Shown in pieces: positions 25,780-41,217 of a stretch of 64,000 nucleotides of DNA. The position numbers and the translations under genes were made by a program. Source of the stretch: Eledone cirrhosa. Its lineage: Eukaryota. The notes below the pieces were generated by a model. It searched no databases, was not told where the DNA came from, and saw only the letters and a program-made list of their open reading frames with translations. The stretch lies in assembly GCA_964016885.1 (NCBI GenBank), contig OZ024741.1:15624001-15688000 (forward strand), read 5' to 3'. The first letter of the stretch is position 1. Every line of letters begins with the position of its first letter.

Positions 25780-28134
25780 GAAATAAGTGAGGGTACCCTT
25801 GCGACTGTGATAGGAAAACTCCAAGAAACACCAGGAAGAGACATGATTGTCGGCTACTGGTACAAAAAACTAATATTATATCGGAGGTATCTTACTGACC
25901 TCTACCAACAAGTTCTTAAGGGAGATACATTTATACCAGAATGGTTGACATTAGCACAAACGTTACTGGTCCCCAAGAACAAAGACACCCACTTGGCAAA
26001 AAACTACCGACCCATTGCATGCCAGAACCTGATGTATAAGATGTATACAGCCTGCCTGAACCTATTCCTCCAAGATCACTGTGAAAATAATAACATCATC
26101 ACAGATGAACAAGCAGCTGGAAAGGAAAGGGTTTGGGGATGTGCTGAACAACTCCTAATCAACAAAACTGCGATGTCGGAGGTGAGACAACTTAAGAGGG
26201 ATATGACTACAGTCTGGCTGGACTACAAGAAAGCTTTCGATTCTGTTCCCCACTCTTGGATGATAGAGGCCCTCCAACTTGCTAAAGTCCCAGACATTAT
26301 TGTCAGAGCCATAGAGAAGCTGTCTTCTTCTTGGGCTACTATCCTAAGGTTACAGACAGAGAGGGAGGACTCTATTTTCACTGATAAAATAAAATATTGC
26401 AGGGGTATATTTCAGGGGGACAGTCTCTCTGTGATATTGTTCATCTTGTCATTAAATCCCTTGTCCTTTCTGCTCAAGAAATGTGAGGGATACATCATTG
26501 GCTCACAGGAGGACAGAAATACGAACCTAACCCATAACTTCTTTGTGGACGATCTGAAACTCTATGCCAAGAACATGGATGGGATGAAGAAAAATCTTGA
26601 CCTGGTTACAACGTTCTCAAAGGATATAGGAATGGAGTTTGGCCAAGATAAATGCTCATACATGACTGTAAAGCGGGGAAAAACAACAACCCAATCTAGC
26701 AACATTGTCATCAATGGTCTAACTGTTTCACCGATATCTGATGAGGACTGCTACAGATACCTGGTGATAGATGAGAACATATCCTATAATGGTATCTGTA
26801 ATAAAGAACGCGTAACCAGGGAATACTACACCCGATTAAGAAAGATTTGGTCATCGGAACTCTCTGCGCAAAACAAAACAGTGGCTCACAATGTGTTTGC
26901 TGTGCTTGTCCTAACACCAACGTTTGGAATACTCAATTGGACGATAGATGAAATCCGAGCAGTTGATGTTGGAACTCGAAAAATACTGAACAACACCGGA
27001 AACTTCCACATCAACAGTGAAATAGACCGCCTTTACTTGAAACGTAAGCAGGGAGGCAGAGGCCTAATATCAGTCCAGACAACATTTGAATGTCGCATCA
27101 TATCTCTCCGACAACATCTACGAACCTCGAAGCGTAGGAGCCCGTTTCTCGAGCAAGTCCATCTGCATGAAACACATAAGATCATGAGAGTTGGGAAGGA
27201 ACTCCTTGAGAGATATTCCCTGTGTGATAATCAAAAACTCACACCCAGGGATGTCGCTCAGCAGTATCGCAGTGAATCCATGGATGAAAAACTGCATGCC
27301 TGTCAGCAAAAAATCCTGCATGGATACGTTGCCAGGAAGCTCCAGACTGAGAGTAATATAGATAAGGAAAGTAGTCTATCTTGGACCAACAACCGCGATA
27401 TTGGCTCCCACTTTGAAGGATACACTTTTGCAATCCAAGAACAGGCGATTAGCACGAAATACCTGATTCACAAAAGAGATAGGGATGCAGGCAAAACACC
27501 TAGATGTGATAACAAGTGCAGACTCTGCAGAACTAACATCGAGGATATCACCCATGTCATCAGCAGCTGTCCAAAGATGTCATCGCGGTACTATCTACCT
27601 ATGAGGCGTGATGTAGTGGCCAAAACACTGTACAATGCAGTTCGTAAAAAAGATAGCCCCGATAATAAACACATTAAAAGCTACAACAATGTGGAAGACA
27701 TCCATGTACATAATATGAAAGAGTGCTTGCGGAATATTCCAGTAAAAACCCCAATAAAATGCAGGCATAACAGACCGGATATTATGATATGGGACAGGGA
27801 GAAGAAAACATGCACAGTAGGGGAAATTAGCTGCCCAACAGATGCCAATATAATATCAAAGATTAGTGAAAAGGAGAATATTTATGCAGAACTGATGAGA
27901 AATCTGCAGATACTCCACCCTCATTACACCTTCAGATTTATGCCTGTGATTATTGGGGTACTGGGATATGTTAGTAACTGCCTCAATACATATGTTAGTA
28001 ACTGCCTCAATAACATCCAGATCTACACATGCATACATACATACATATCTACCAATGAGAGAGTCTTGTGTCTATGTTAGAAACCGAGTCTCTCTCTATC
28101 GGTAAAACTTTGTGAAATTATAAAACCAGAAGAA
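25780..28134 (+). mobile_element. R4/Dong-type RLE LINE, 5'-truncated, open RT + CCHC + RLE frame
   Basis: [44 protein letters not shown]....C, RPDI...EISCP; flanked by (CATA)n. Confidence 0.92.
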
Positions 28135-28155
28135 CATACATACATACATACATAC

Positions 28156-28764
28156 ATGGTGGCTGCCAACACGTTTTCGAGTACGGCCACTACTTTATAT
28201 CCATGTAGGAGAACCTCTACCGATGCGCTGATCGAGTGTGACTTTTTAGTCCAGCCAGCGACTTGAAAACTCTGGTACAAACACTACACTTGTGACAATT
28301 ATTGACACATAGTACTGGGCCCATGGTACCATGTCACGACAAGTGCAGAGAGATCTCCAGATATAAAGCAATGCATGTGCTGTGAAGCTTTTATAGTGAG
28401 CAAAGGCACTGCACAAAGCCAGTCCCACTCTCCTAACCAATATGATATTTACCAAAAAGAAGAACAAGTCAACATCATTGGATACCATCAGGGTTGCAGG
28501 TGTTATATCAGAGTTTTCCTTCTCCTAGAATTCTGCCTTGACAAGGCTAAGGAGTCATTTCTCCCGGTGATTTTGGATGGCCATTGACTCTTAAGAGCTC
28601 CTTTGCCCTTTGACAGGTTTATTGTTTAGTCCTGCAGGATGTCCAAAGTCACCCTCCTCACCAAGAAACCTTGGTGGGGTTGCCAGTTTAGTCGCCAACG
28701 ACCCGACCATGGGACAGGTTGTACTGGAATACATGTTACCAGTAGCACCAACTGGTGCCCTGAC
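28156..28764 (-). mobile_element. Non-autonomous RTE-derived element, long form
   Basis: Full-length match to 16484-17093. Confidence 0.85.
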
Positions 28765-28832
28765 ACACATACATACATACATACATACATACATACATAC
28801 ATACATACATACATACATACATACATACATAC

Positions 28833-29245
28833 ATGGTGGCTGCCAACTCGTTTTCGAGTACGGCTACTACTTTATATCCATGTAGGAGAACCCCTACCGA
28901 TGCGCTGAACGAGTGTGACTTTTTAGTCCAGCCAGCGACTTGAAAACTCTGGTACAAAGACTACACTTGTGACAATTATTGACACATAGTGCAGGGCCCA
29001 TGGTACCATGTGATGACAAGTGCAGAGAGATCTCCAGATATAAAGCAATGCCTGTGCTGTGAAGCTTTTATAGTGAGCAAAGGCACTGCACAAAGCCAGT
29101 CCCACTCTCTTAACCAAGATGATATTTACCAAAAAGAAGAACAAATCAACATCATTGGATACCATCAGGGTTGCAGGTGTTATATCAGAGTTTTCCTTCT
29201 CCTAGAATTCTGCCTTGACAAAGGCTAAGGGGTCATCTCTCCCGG
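28833..29245 (-). mobile_element. Non-autonomous RTE-derived element, short form
   Basis: Matches the family; boundary ctctcccgg. Confidence 0.85.
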
Positions 29246-29829
29246 ACATATATGTATGTATATATACATATATATATACATACATACACATATACATATA
29301 TATATACATATACATATATATATACATATACATATATATATACATATATATATACACATATATATATACATACATATATACATACATACACATATACATA
29401 CATATATACATACATACACATATACACATATATATACATATATATATACAGAAATACACATATACATATACATATACATACATACACACATACATATACA
29501 TATATATATACATACATATATACATACATACACATATATATATACATATATATATACATACATATATATACATATATACATACATATATATATACATATA
29601 TATATACATACACATATATACACACATATATACATACATATATATACATATATATATACATACATATATATACATATATATATACATATATATATACATA
29701 TATATATACATATATATATACATATATATATACATACATATATATACATATACATATACATACATATATATATACATACATATATATACATATATATATA
29801 CATATATATATACACACACATACATACAC

Positions 29830-29862
<33 letters not shown>

Positions 29863-29995
29863 CACACATATATACATATATATATACATATATATATACA
29901 TATATATATACATATATACATATACATACATATACATACATATATATATATATATACATACACACATATATATATACATATATACATACACACAC

Positions 29996-30047
<52 letters not shown>

Positions 30048-30111
30048 ACATACATATACATATATATATACATACATATATATATACATACATATATACA
30101 TATACATACAT

Positions 30112-30158
<47 letters not shown>

Positions 30159-30204
30159 CACACATATATATATATACATATATACATACACACATATATA
30201 TATA
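29246..30204. repeat. Complex (TA)/(TACA) microsatellite
   Basis: Direct inspection; similar tracts at 33161-33860, 36348-37064, 37675-38585, 38878-40453, 40866-41217 and 52280-53170. Confidence 0.95.
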
Positions 30205-33159
30205 TAACTTTGAATAACTTTGAAATGTTTTGGCCAGTATTGGCCCAGGCCATGTCTAACTTAATAGCACCACCTGGCGAAGTCTTTCAATTCAGGATTT
30301 GGGCACCATGGCCCATTCGAGAAGAGAATTACTGCTTGCGGAGACATATCCGGGTGTGGGTGGTTTGTCCGGGATTACTTGGAGGAATTTGTCCAAAGAC
30401 TTCTTGAATTTTGTGTGGTCAGTTTCTGTTTTGACGTGTCCTGGTGTGATGTTGAAGAGAGCAGGGCCGATTGAGGTGAAATAATTCTGCCGTATTGTTG
30501 TTATGAGTTGTGATTTAGATTTTTGAATGGGACGGATAGCACGGGGCCCAAGCCTTGGGTGTATCTTGAAGGCGATGCCAACATCATTTGGGCAGTGATG
30601 ATGGAACATTTTCCACATCATGCAGATAATATAACGCTCACGGCGACGTTGGAGTGAGTAAAGTTTCAGGTTTTCTAGTCGACCCCAGTAGTCAAGGTCT
30701 GACATGCCATCTATCTTTTTCGTGATTGCCCTTTGAGGAGCTTCAAGTTTCATGATACTTTGTTTCGTGTGGGGAGACCACAGCGGACAACAGTATTCAA
30801 GGTGTGGTCGGGCAAAAGTAGAGAAGAGAAGGATAATGGTGTGGGAATCTCTCGACTGGAAGGTTCTGAGGATCCAGGAACACATTCTGCGGGCCATGTC
30901 AACTTTGCTGCTTATATGCGTGGCCCAGCTTATGTTGCTGTCCACGGTTACTCCCAAGTCTCTGATGTTGTTAGATGCCACGAGAGTTTCCCCGGAGGGA
31001 AGGGAGTACGGGAGTTTCAGAGCATCCTCTTTTCCAAAGTGGATCAGTTCGAATTTGTCTTCGTTCAGTAACATGTTGTTCTTTTCCGCCCATTGGGTAA
31101 CAGCCAGTAGGTCTGACTGAAGGCTTATCCGGTCATCCACGCCATTGATGACCTTTTGGAGCTTGGAATCATCAGCGAAAATGTTAATGTTGCTGTGTTT
31201 GATGATGTCAGTGATGTCATTAATATAGATGATGAAGAGAAGTGGGCCCAACACAGTGCCTTGTGGGACCCCACTACTGACTTTGGCTGGGCTGGATTTG
31301 ACTCCTTCAACTACAACATGTTGGGTTCTATTTGACAGGAAGCTCTTGATCCACTGCAGCAGCTTTCCAGTGACACCAATATTGGACAGCTTTCTCAGTA
31401 GAATGTTATGATCAACCCTGTCAAAAGCCTTGCTGAAATCAAGGTAGATAACATCAGTGTTGGAACCCTCTCCCAAGGCTCTCAAAATGTCATCAAAGTG
31501 ATGCAGTAGCTGCGTCAGGCAATCCCTTCCATTACGGAATCCATGCTGGTTGGAGTTCAGCATATTGTTACTCTCAAGGAAGTGGGTCATTCGCGATCTC
31601 ACCACTCTCTCAAATACCTTAATGATATGAGAGGTGAGTGAGATTGGACGGTAATTCACGGCAAGGGATTTGTTTCCCTTTTTGAAAACTGGGACAACAG
31701 ACTGGGATAGAAGGTTTTCTGGCACATATCCAGCATCCAGTGAGTTCCGCCACAGATTGGCAAGAGGAGATGCAAGTTGGTGTTGACACGCCTTCAAGAC
31801 ACAAGCAGGGAACCTATCGGGACCTACTGCTGAATTATGCTTGATTTCCTTTATTGCCGCTAAGACATCAGGGGCGCCAAACGTTATGTCCGATAAGGTG
31901 TAATGGGGAGTAACATCGCCGATACAGCCCAGATCGGCCATATCAGGATTGCTGAAAACAGAGCAGTATTGTTTCTGCAGTATCTCACCCATGGTTTTAG
32001 CATTGTCTTGAAGAGTGCCATTTTCATCAATTAGAAGGCCAACAGTAGAGCCAGTGATTTTGTGTTTTTTTGCAAATGAAAAGAACACTTTGGGATTGAG
32101 TTTGATCTTCTCAATGGCCCAGGCCTCTTCAGCTCTTCTCTGATTGCTGATGAGGGACATTATGTTGTTTTGGAGGTTATGTTTTTTAATCTCTAGTGAT
32201 GAAATGGCAGTCAAGTTGATGTGTTGCTGCTGACAGTATTTCAGCTTGTTGATTTTTTTGTTCGTTCTCTTAATTTTTCTGATGAGCGTTTTTCTATTTC
32301 TAGGGATTCTGCTCTTAGATTTGTTTATAGTTCTTAATGGGGTGTGTGTTGCACATATGTTTGTAACAGTGTCCACAAATGTCTGCCAGGACTTTTTGAT
32401 GTTAGTGGGTGTATGAGTGTGCGTGAAGGACCAGTCGACATGTGCAAGATCATGACTGATCGCTTCCCAGTTTGCATTGTGGAAATCCATAGCGTCAAAC
32501 GGATGGACAGGAGAGATGACATTGGGTTTGTATATTGGACGGTGGAATCTCAAATCACAGAGAACCATGTCATGATCAGAGAGTAGAGTGGATATTGTCA
32601 GTGTGATTGCTGAAAATTAAGTCTAGGACGTTTTTGTGGCACCTCGTTGGTTCGAGCACCAGTTGGGATAGGAAGAAATCATCCATGAAGTCAAGAAGCG
32701 ATTCCACTGCTTCCCTGTCAGAGGTTGAGGCAGAAGAACCTGGTGGCAGGCTGTTTGTGGACCAGTCAACTCCGGGGAGGTTGAAGTCCCCCATCATTAA
32801 GATGTTGTCAGGGTGACGCTCTTGGATGAAACACTTTATGCTGTTGAGGCATTCCTTGAAGCATGGTACAGGCGTTTGGGGTGGCCTATAGAGCCCAACT
32901 ACTATTAGGTTGTTGGTTTGACTGAATACAGTGACTGCTTCACAGTATCCATTAGTGAATATGTTCATAGCCTCTGTTGAGAAAGAATTATGGACATAAA
33001 TGGCAGTTCCGCCCTTTCTTCTGCCAGCGCGATCAGCACGGATGGCTTTGAAATTTTTCACTTTCACCTCGGCTTCCAAGTGGAGGTTACTGAGATGGGT
33101 TTCAGTGAGGACGAAGAAAGGGATGTGGTTTGGATGGACATCAATCCAGTCCTCCAGGA

Positions 33160-33160
<1 letters not shown>
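30205..33160 (-). mobile_element. CR1-group LINE, 5'-truncated ORF2 (APE endonuclease + RT) with one frameshift near 32578
   Basis: LTETHL, GGTAIYV, YRPP, MGDFNLP, LDLIF, SDH; NYRPISLTS, QHGFR, YLDFSKAFDRVDH, GVPQGTVLGPLLF, FADDSK; tail (ttcaaagtta)2 then (TA)n. Confidence 0.92.
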
Positions 33161-33192
<32 letters not shown>

Positions 33193-33859
33193 TACATATA
33201 TATGTATATATATATATATACATACATATATATATATATATACATACATATACATATATATACATACATATAGCTATATATATACATACATATACACATA
33301 TATATACATACATATACACATATATATACATACATATACATACACATATACATACATATACATACATATATACATACATATACACATACATATACATACA
33401 CATACACATATATATACATACATATACATATATATATACATACATATACACACATATATACATACACATACAAACATATATACATACATATACATATATA
33501 TATACATACATATACACATACATATACATACATATACACATATATATACATACATATACATATATATATATACATAGACATATATATATATACATACATA
33601 TACATATATATATATATATATACATACACATATATATATATATATACATACACACACATATATATATACATACATATACATATATATATACATACACATA
33701 CATATATATATACATACACATACATATATACATACATATACATATATATATACATACATATACACATATATATACATACATATACATATACATACACATA
33801 CATATACATATATATATACATACATATATATATACATACATATACATATATATATACAT

Positions 33860-34153
33860 ATAATATAAGATCAAAAGATGGTTAAAGGAGTTCCATATAT
33901 TTTATTATGCGCATTTCAAAAACAAACATCATCAAGCAATAATATTTGTGTTTTCATCAGATAAAACAGGAGAACATGATATGAAGGCTAAAAAAACCCT
34001 TGTTTAATCAACATATCATAAAATATAAAATATATGGAACTCCTTTAACCATCTTTTGATCTTATATTATGCATACTCCAGTCCCACAAACTGTAGAGTG
34101 CTTCTTATCCGATATCTGCATTGCTTTATTGTACTACAATAAAACTCACCTCC
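33860..34153. mobile_element. Short fold-back Penelope-like element
   Basis: ~46 bp arms 33860-33905 / 34025-34070; complete hammerhead on the minus strand. Confidence 0.75.
33900..33966 (-). ncRNA. Type I hammerhead ribozyme
   Basis: Minus strand TTTTAT-CTGATGA-[~16 bp stem II with GU pairs, loop gctt]-GAAA-TGCGCA-TA-ATAAAA; palindromic stem III ATGCGCAT, AUA site. Confidence 0.85.
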
Positions 34154-34172
34154 TATATATACATATATATAC

Positions 34173-34205
<33 letters not shown>

Positions 34206-34350
34206 CATATATATACAAATATATACACACATATATATACATATATATACAAATATATATATACATATATATACATATATATATATACATATATATATAT
34301 ACATATATATACATATATATATATACATATATACATATATATACATATAT

Positions 34351-36347
34351 ATATATTAGAAAGATCGAGTATCGAAAAATCGGCGCACGAGTTAACGAAA
34401 AACGAAATCCGATATGAGCGGCAGAGGGCTCAATAATTCAGATGAATCAGAGCTATAACTATCGTTAAAATACCGTCACATATAGAACAAGTCTACAATC
34501 AACCATACGATTTAAAATCGATAAAGGAAGATTCGGGCCAAACAGATAAAAAATATCAATAAAACAATACGTCAATAATTTAAATGAATGTAAAATCATA
34601 CCCGGACCCACTAGAAAGGTGTTAAATCTAGCTTCATGGGTTTCTGTAAATCCTTAGACAGTACTCTATCAGCTTACATATAAATATAAAAGCCTACTAG
34701 AATAAGTGGAATGGAGTTTACGTTGTCAACGAGTTTTATCCTGGCGGCAAAGGAGTCAACTAGCGGTGAAAAACGCACATGGCATTAGACAAGGGAGATG
34801 ACCCCTATATCCGCGAAAATAATTCGAGTGAATGTGGAAATACACATATCGAATTAGAGTGCTCAATAGACATGTTAAAATAAAACAAAAGCTATTCATC
34901 ACTCAATAGAATCGACAAAATATGAGCAATAAAATTAACTGGTGGATAGCTATGTCCAGAGCTAAATATATTAGAAAGATCGAGTATCGAAAAATCGGCG
35001 CACGAGTTAACGAAAAACGAAATCCGATATGAGCGGCAGAGGGCTCAATAATTCAGATGAATCAGAGCTATAACTATCGTTAAAATACCGTCACATATAG
35101 AACAAGTCTACAATCAACCATACGATTTAAAATCGATAAAGGAAGATTCGGGCCAAACAGATAAAAAATATCAATAAAACAATACGTCAATAATTTAAAT
35201 GAATGTAAAATCATACCCGGACCCACTAGAAAGGTGTTAAATCTAGCTTCATGGGTTTCTGTAAATCCTTAGACAGTACTCTATCAGCTTACATATAAAT
35301 ATAAAAGCCTACTAGAATAAGTGGAATGGAGTTTACGTTGTCAACGAGTTTTATCCTGGCGGCAAAGGAGTCAACTAGCGGTGAAAAACGCACATGGCAT
35401 TAGACAAGGGAGATGACCCCTATATCCGCGAAAATAATTCGAGTGAATGTGGAAATACACATATCGAATTAGAGTGCTCAATAGACATGTTAAAATAAAA
35501 CAAAAGCTATTCATCACTCAATAGAATCGACAAAATATGAGCAATAAAATTAACTGGTGGATAGCTATGTCCAGAGCTAAATATATTAGAAAGATCGAGT
35601 ATCGAAAAATCGGCGCACGAGTTAACGAAAAACGAAATCCGATATGAGCGGCAGAGGGCTCAATAATTCAGATGAATCAGAGCTATAACTATCGTTAAAA
35701 TACCGTCACATATAGAACAAGTCTACAATCAACCATACGATTTAAAATCGATAAAGGAAGATTCGGGCCAAACAGATAAAAAATATCAATAAAACAATAC
35801 GTCAATAATTTAAATGAATGTAAAATCATACCCGGACCCACTAGAAAGGTGTTAAATCTAGCTTCATGGGTTTCTGTAAATCCTTAGACAGTACTCTATC
35901 AGCTTACATATAAATATAAAAGCCTACTAGAATAAGTGGAATGGAGTTTACGTTGTCAACGAGTTTTATCCTGGCGGCAAAGGAGTCAACTAGCGGTGAA
36001 AAACGCACATGGCATTAGACAAGGGAGATGACCCCTATATCCGCGAAAATAATTCGAGTGAATGTGGAAATACACATATCGAATTAGAGTGCTCAATAGA
36101 CATGTTAAAATAAAACAAAAGCTATTCATCACTCAATAGAATCGACAAAATATGAGCAATAAAATTAACTGGTGGATAGCTATGTCCAGAGCTAAATATA
36201 TTAGAAAGATCGAGTATCGAAAAATCGGCGCACGAGTTAACGAAAAACGAAATCCGATATGAGCGGCAGAGGGCTCAATAATTCAGATGAATCAGAGCTA
36301 TAACTATCGTTAAAATACCGTCACATATAGAACAAGTCTACAATCAA
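34351..36347. repeat. 615 bp tandem repeat, ~3.25 apparently identical copies, unassigned
   Basis: aagatcgagt at 34361, 34976, 35591 and 36206. Confidence 0.95.
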
Positions 36348-36602
36348 CATACATATATATATATACATATATATATATACATATATATACATACTTATAT
36401 ATACATACACATATATACATACATATATATACATATATACATATACATACATACATATACATACATACTTATACATATATATATATACATACATATATAT
36501 ACATATATATATATACATACATATATATACATATATATACATACATATATATACACACATATATATACATATATATATATACATATATATATATATACAT
36601 AC

Positions 36603-36640
<38 letters not shown>

Positions 36641-36658
36641 ACATACATATATGCATAC

Positions 36659-36729
<71 letters not shown>

Positions 36730-37064
36730 TATATACATATATATACATATACATATACATACATACACACACATATACATATACATACATACATACATAC
36801 ATGCATGCATATATACATACACACACGTACATATATATATATATACATATATATATATACATATATATATATATACACATATATATATACATATATATAT
36901 ACATATATATATATAGATATATATATATATACATATATATATACACACACATATATATACACACATATACATACATATATATATACATATATATATATAC
37001 ATATATATATACATACATATATATATACACATATATACACATATATATATACATACATATATAC

Positions 37065-37674
37065 ATGGTGGCTGCCAACTCGTTTTCGAGTACGGCCACT
37101 ACTTTATATCCATGTAGGAGAACCCCTACCGATGCGCTGAACGACTGTGACTTTTTAGTCCAGCCAGCGACTTGAAAACTCTGGTACAAACACTACACTT
37201 GTGACAATTATTGACACATAGTGCTGGGCCCATGGTACCATGTGACGACAAGTGCAGAGAGATCTCCAGATATAAAGCAATGCCTGTGCCGTGAAGCTTT
37301 TATAGTGAGCAAAGGCACTGCACAAAGCCAGTCCCACTCTCTTAACCAAGATGATATTTACCAAAAAGAAGAACAAGTCAACATCATTGGATACCATCAG
37401 GGTTGCAGGTGTTATATCAGAGTTTTCCTTCTCCTAGAATTCTGCCTTGACAAAGGCTAAGGGGTCATCTCTCCCGGTGATTTTGGATGGCCATTGACTC
37501 TTAAGAGCTCCTTTGCCCTTTGACAGGTTTTGTTTTTAGTCCTGCAGGATGTCCAAAGTCACCCTCCTCACCAAGAAACCTTGGTGGGGTTGCCAGTTTA
37601 GTCGCCAACGACCCGACCATGAGACAGGTTGTACTGGGATACATGTTACCAGTAGCACCAACTGGTGACCTGAC
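37065..37674 (-). mobile_element. Non-autonomous RTE-derived element, long form
   Basis: Full-length family match. Confidence 0.85.
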
Positions 37675-37739
37675 ATATATATATACATACATATATATAT
37701 ACATACATACATACATACATACATACATACATACATACA

Positions 37740-37771
<32 letters not shown>

Positions 37772-38077
37772 CATACACATATATACATATATATATACAT
37801 ACACATATACACACATACATATATATACATACATATATATACACATAGATATACATACATACATATACACACATATATACATACATATATATACATATAT
37901 ATACATATACATATACATACATATACATATACATATACATACATATATATACACATATATATACACACATATATATACACATACATATACATATACATAC
38001 ATACATATATATACATATATATACATATACATATACATACATGTATATACACATATATATAGATACATATATATACA

Positions 38078-38113
<36 letters not shown>

Positions 38114-38585
38114 CATACATATACATACATACATATATATAAATATATATATACATATATATACATACATATATATAAATATATATATACACACATATAT
38201 ATAGATATATATATACATGCATATATACACACATATATATACACACATATATACACATACATATATTCACACATATATATACACACATATATACACACAT
38301 ATATATATACATACATATACATATACATACATATATACACATATATATATATACATACATATATATATACATACATACATATCCATACATACATATACAT
38401 ATATATATACATACATATATACACGTATATATACATATATATATACATATATATATACATACATATATATATACATACATATACATACACATATATATAT
38501 ACATATATATATACATATATATATACATATATATATACATATACATATACATATATATATACATATACATATACATATATATATA

Positions 38586-38878
38586 TGCCCCCCCACACCC
38601 CCACCGCAAGGTGGTCATGGAGGTGCCACAGCAAAAAAGCACCCAACCCACATTGTAAAGTGGACGTGTAGGCGCCACAAAAAAGCACCCAGCACTCACT
38701 GTAAATGAGGTTGGTGTTAGGAAGGGCATCCAGCTGTAGAAATCAAGCCAGATCAGTTCCTGTATGAGCAAGGCATGGTCAGCCGACCAGACACTGCACA
38801 CAACAGGACAACCCGTCTAACCCATGCTAGCGTGGAAGAACGGACGTAAAACGGTGATGATGATGATGATGATGATGA
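38586..38878 (+). mobile_element. SINE 3' portion with (GAT)n tail; decayed minus-strand relative at ~53285-53730
   Basis: ggttggtgttaggaagggcatccagctgtagaaa ... aacccatgctagcgtggaa...gatgatgatg. Confidence 0.65.
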
Positions 38879-38979
38879 TATACATATATATATACACATA
38901 TATATACATACACACACATATATATATACATATATATATACATACATACACACATACATATACATGTATATATACATAC

Positions 38980-39010
<31 letters not shown>

Positions 39011-39310
39011 CATACATACACATATACATATATATATACATATATATATACATATATATATACATACATACACATATACATATATATACATATATATATA
39101 CATATATACACATATACATATATATATACATATATATATACATACATACACATACATATATACATATATATATACATACATATATATACATATATATATA
39201 CATACATATATACATACATATATATACATATATATATACATACATAAATATATATACATACATTTATATACATACATATATATACATATATAAATATACA
39301 TACATATACA

Positions 39311-39348
<38 letters not shown>

Positions 39349-39461
39349 CATATATAAATATACATACATATATATACATATATATATACATATATATACA
39401 TATATATATACATATATATATACATATATATATACATATATATATATACATATATATATAC

Positions 39462-39492
<31 letters not shown>

Positions 39493-39864
39493 CACATATA
39501 TATATACATATATATATATATACATATATATACATACATATACATATATATATACATATATATACATATATATATACATATATATACACATATATATATA
39601 CATATATATATACATATATATACATACATACATATACATATATATATACACATATATATACATACATATACATATACATATATATATATACATATATATA
39701 CACATATATATACACATATATATACACATATATATACATATATATATACATATATATATACATATATACATACATATATACATACATATATACATACATA
39801 TATACATACATATATATATACATACACATATATATACATACATACATATATACATACATATATA

Positions 39865-39895
<31 letters not shown>

Positions 39896-39939
39896 ACATA
39901 TACATACATATATATACACATATATATACATATATATAC

Positions 39940-40028
<89 letters not shown>

Positions 40029-40453
40029 CATATGTATATATACATATATATATACATATATATATACATATATATATACATATACATATATATATACATA
40101 TACACACATACATATATATATACATACATATATACATATATATGCATATATATATACACATATATATACATATACATACATATACATATACACATATATA
40201 TACATATATATACATATATATATACATATATATATACATATATATATACATATATATATACATATATATACACACATATATATACATATATATACATATA
40301 TATACACATATATATACATATATATACATATACATACATACATACATATACATACATATACATACAGATATATATATACATATATATATATACATATACA
40401 TACATATATATACATATATATACATATATATATACATATATATACATATATAT

Positions 40454-40865
40454 ATGGTGGCTGCCAACTCGTTTTCGAGTACGGCCACTACTTTATATCC
40501 ATGTAAGAGAACCCCTACCGATGCGCTGAACGAATGTGACTTTTTAGTCCAGCCAGCGACTTGAAAACTCTGGTATAAACACTACACTTCTGACAATTAT
40601 TGACACATAGTGCAGGGCCCATGGTACCATGTGATGACAAGTGTAGAGAGATCTCCAGATATAAAGCAATGCCTGTGCTGTGAAGCTTTTATAGTGAGCA
40701 AAGGCACTGCACAAAGCCAGTCCCACTCTCTTAACCAAGATGATATTACCAAAAAGAAGAACAAGTCAACATCATTGGATACCATCAGGGTTGCAGGTGT
40801 TATATCAGAGTTTTCCTTCTCCTAGAATTCTGCCTTGACAAAGGCTAAGGGGTCATCTCTCCCGG
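40454..40865 (-). mobile_element. Non-autonomous RTE-derived element, short form
   Basis: Shares the gtgcagggccc variant and the boundary with the 28833 copy. Confidence 0.85.
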
Positions 40866-41217
40866 ACATATATATATACATACATATATACATGCATATA
40901 TACATACATATATACATACATATATATACATATACATACACATATACATACATATATACATATATATATACATATATATATACATACATATAAACATATA
41001 CATATACATATATATATACATACATATATACATACATATATATATACATACACATATACATACATATATACATACACACACATATACATACATATATACA
41101 TACATACACACATACATACATATACACATACATATATATATACATATATATATACATATATATATACATATATATATACATATATATATACATATATATA
41201 TACATATATATATATAC

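Noticed and set aside
25543-28080. 845 aa ORF as a single protein
   Set aside because: Chance in-frame join of an inverted RTE fragment, a (CATA)n tract and an R4/Dong ORF
34628-34676. Hammerhead-like CTGATAGA...GAAA on the minus strand of the 615 bp unit
   Set aside because: Extra core base, no stem III or NUH site, weak stem I
34791-34806. gggagatgacccct shared between the 615 bp unit and the RTE-derived element
   Set aside because: Match too short to exclude chance; no flanking similarity
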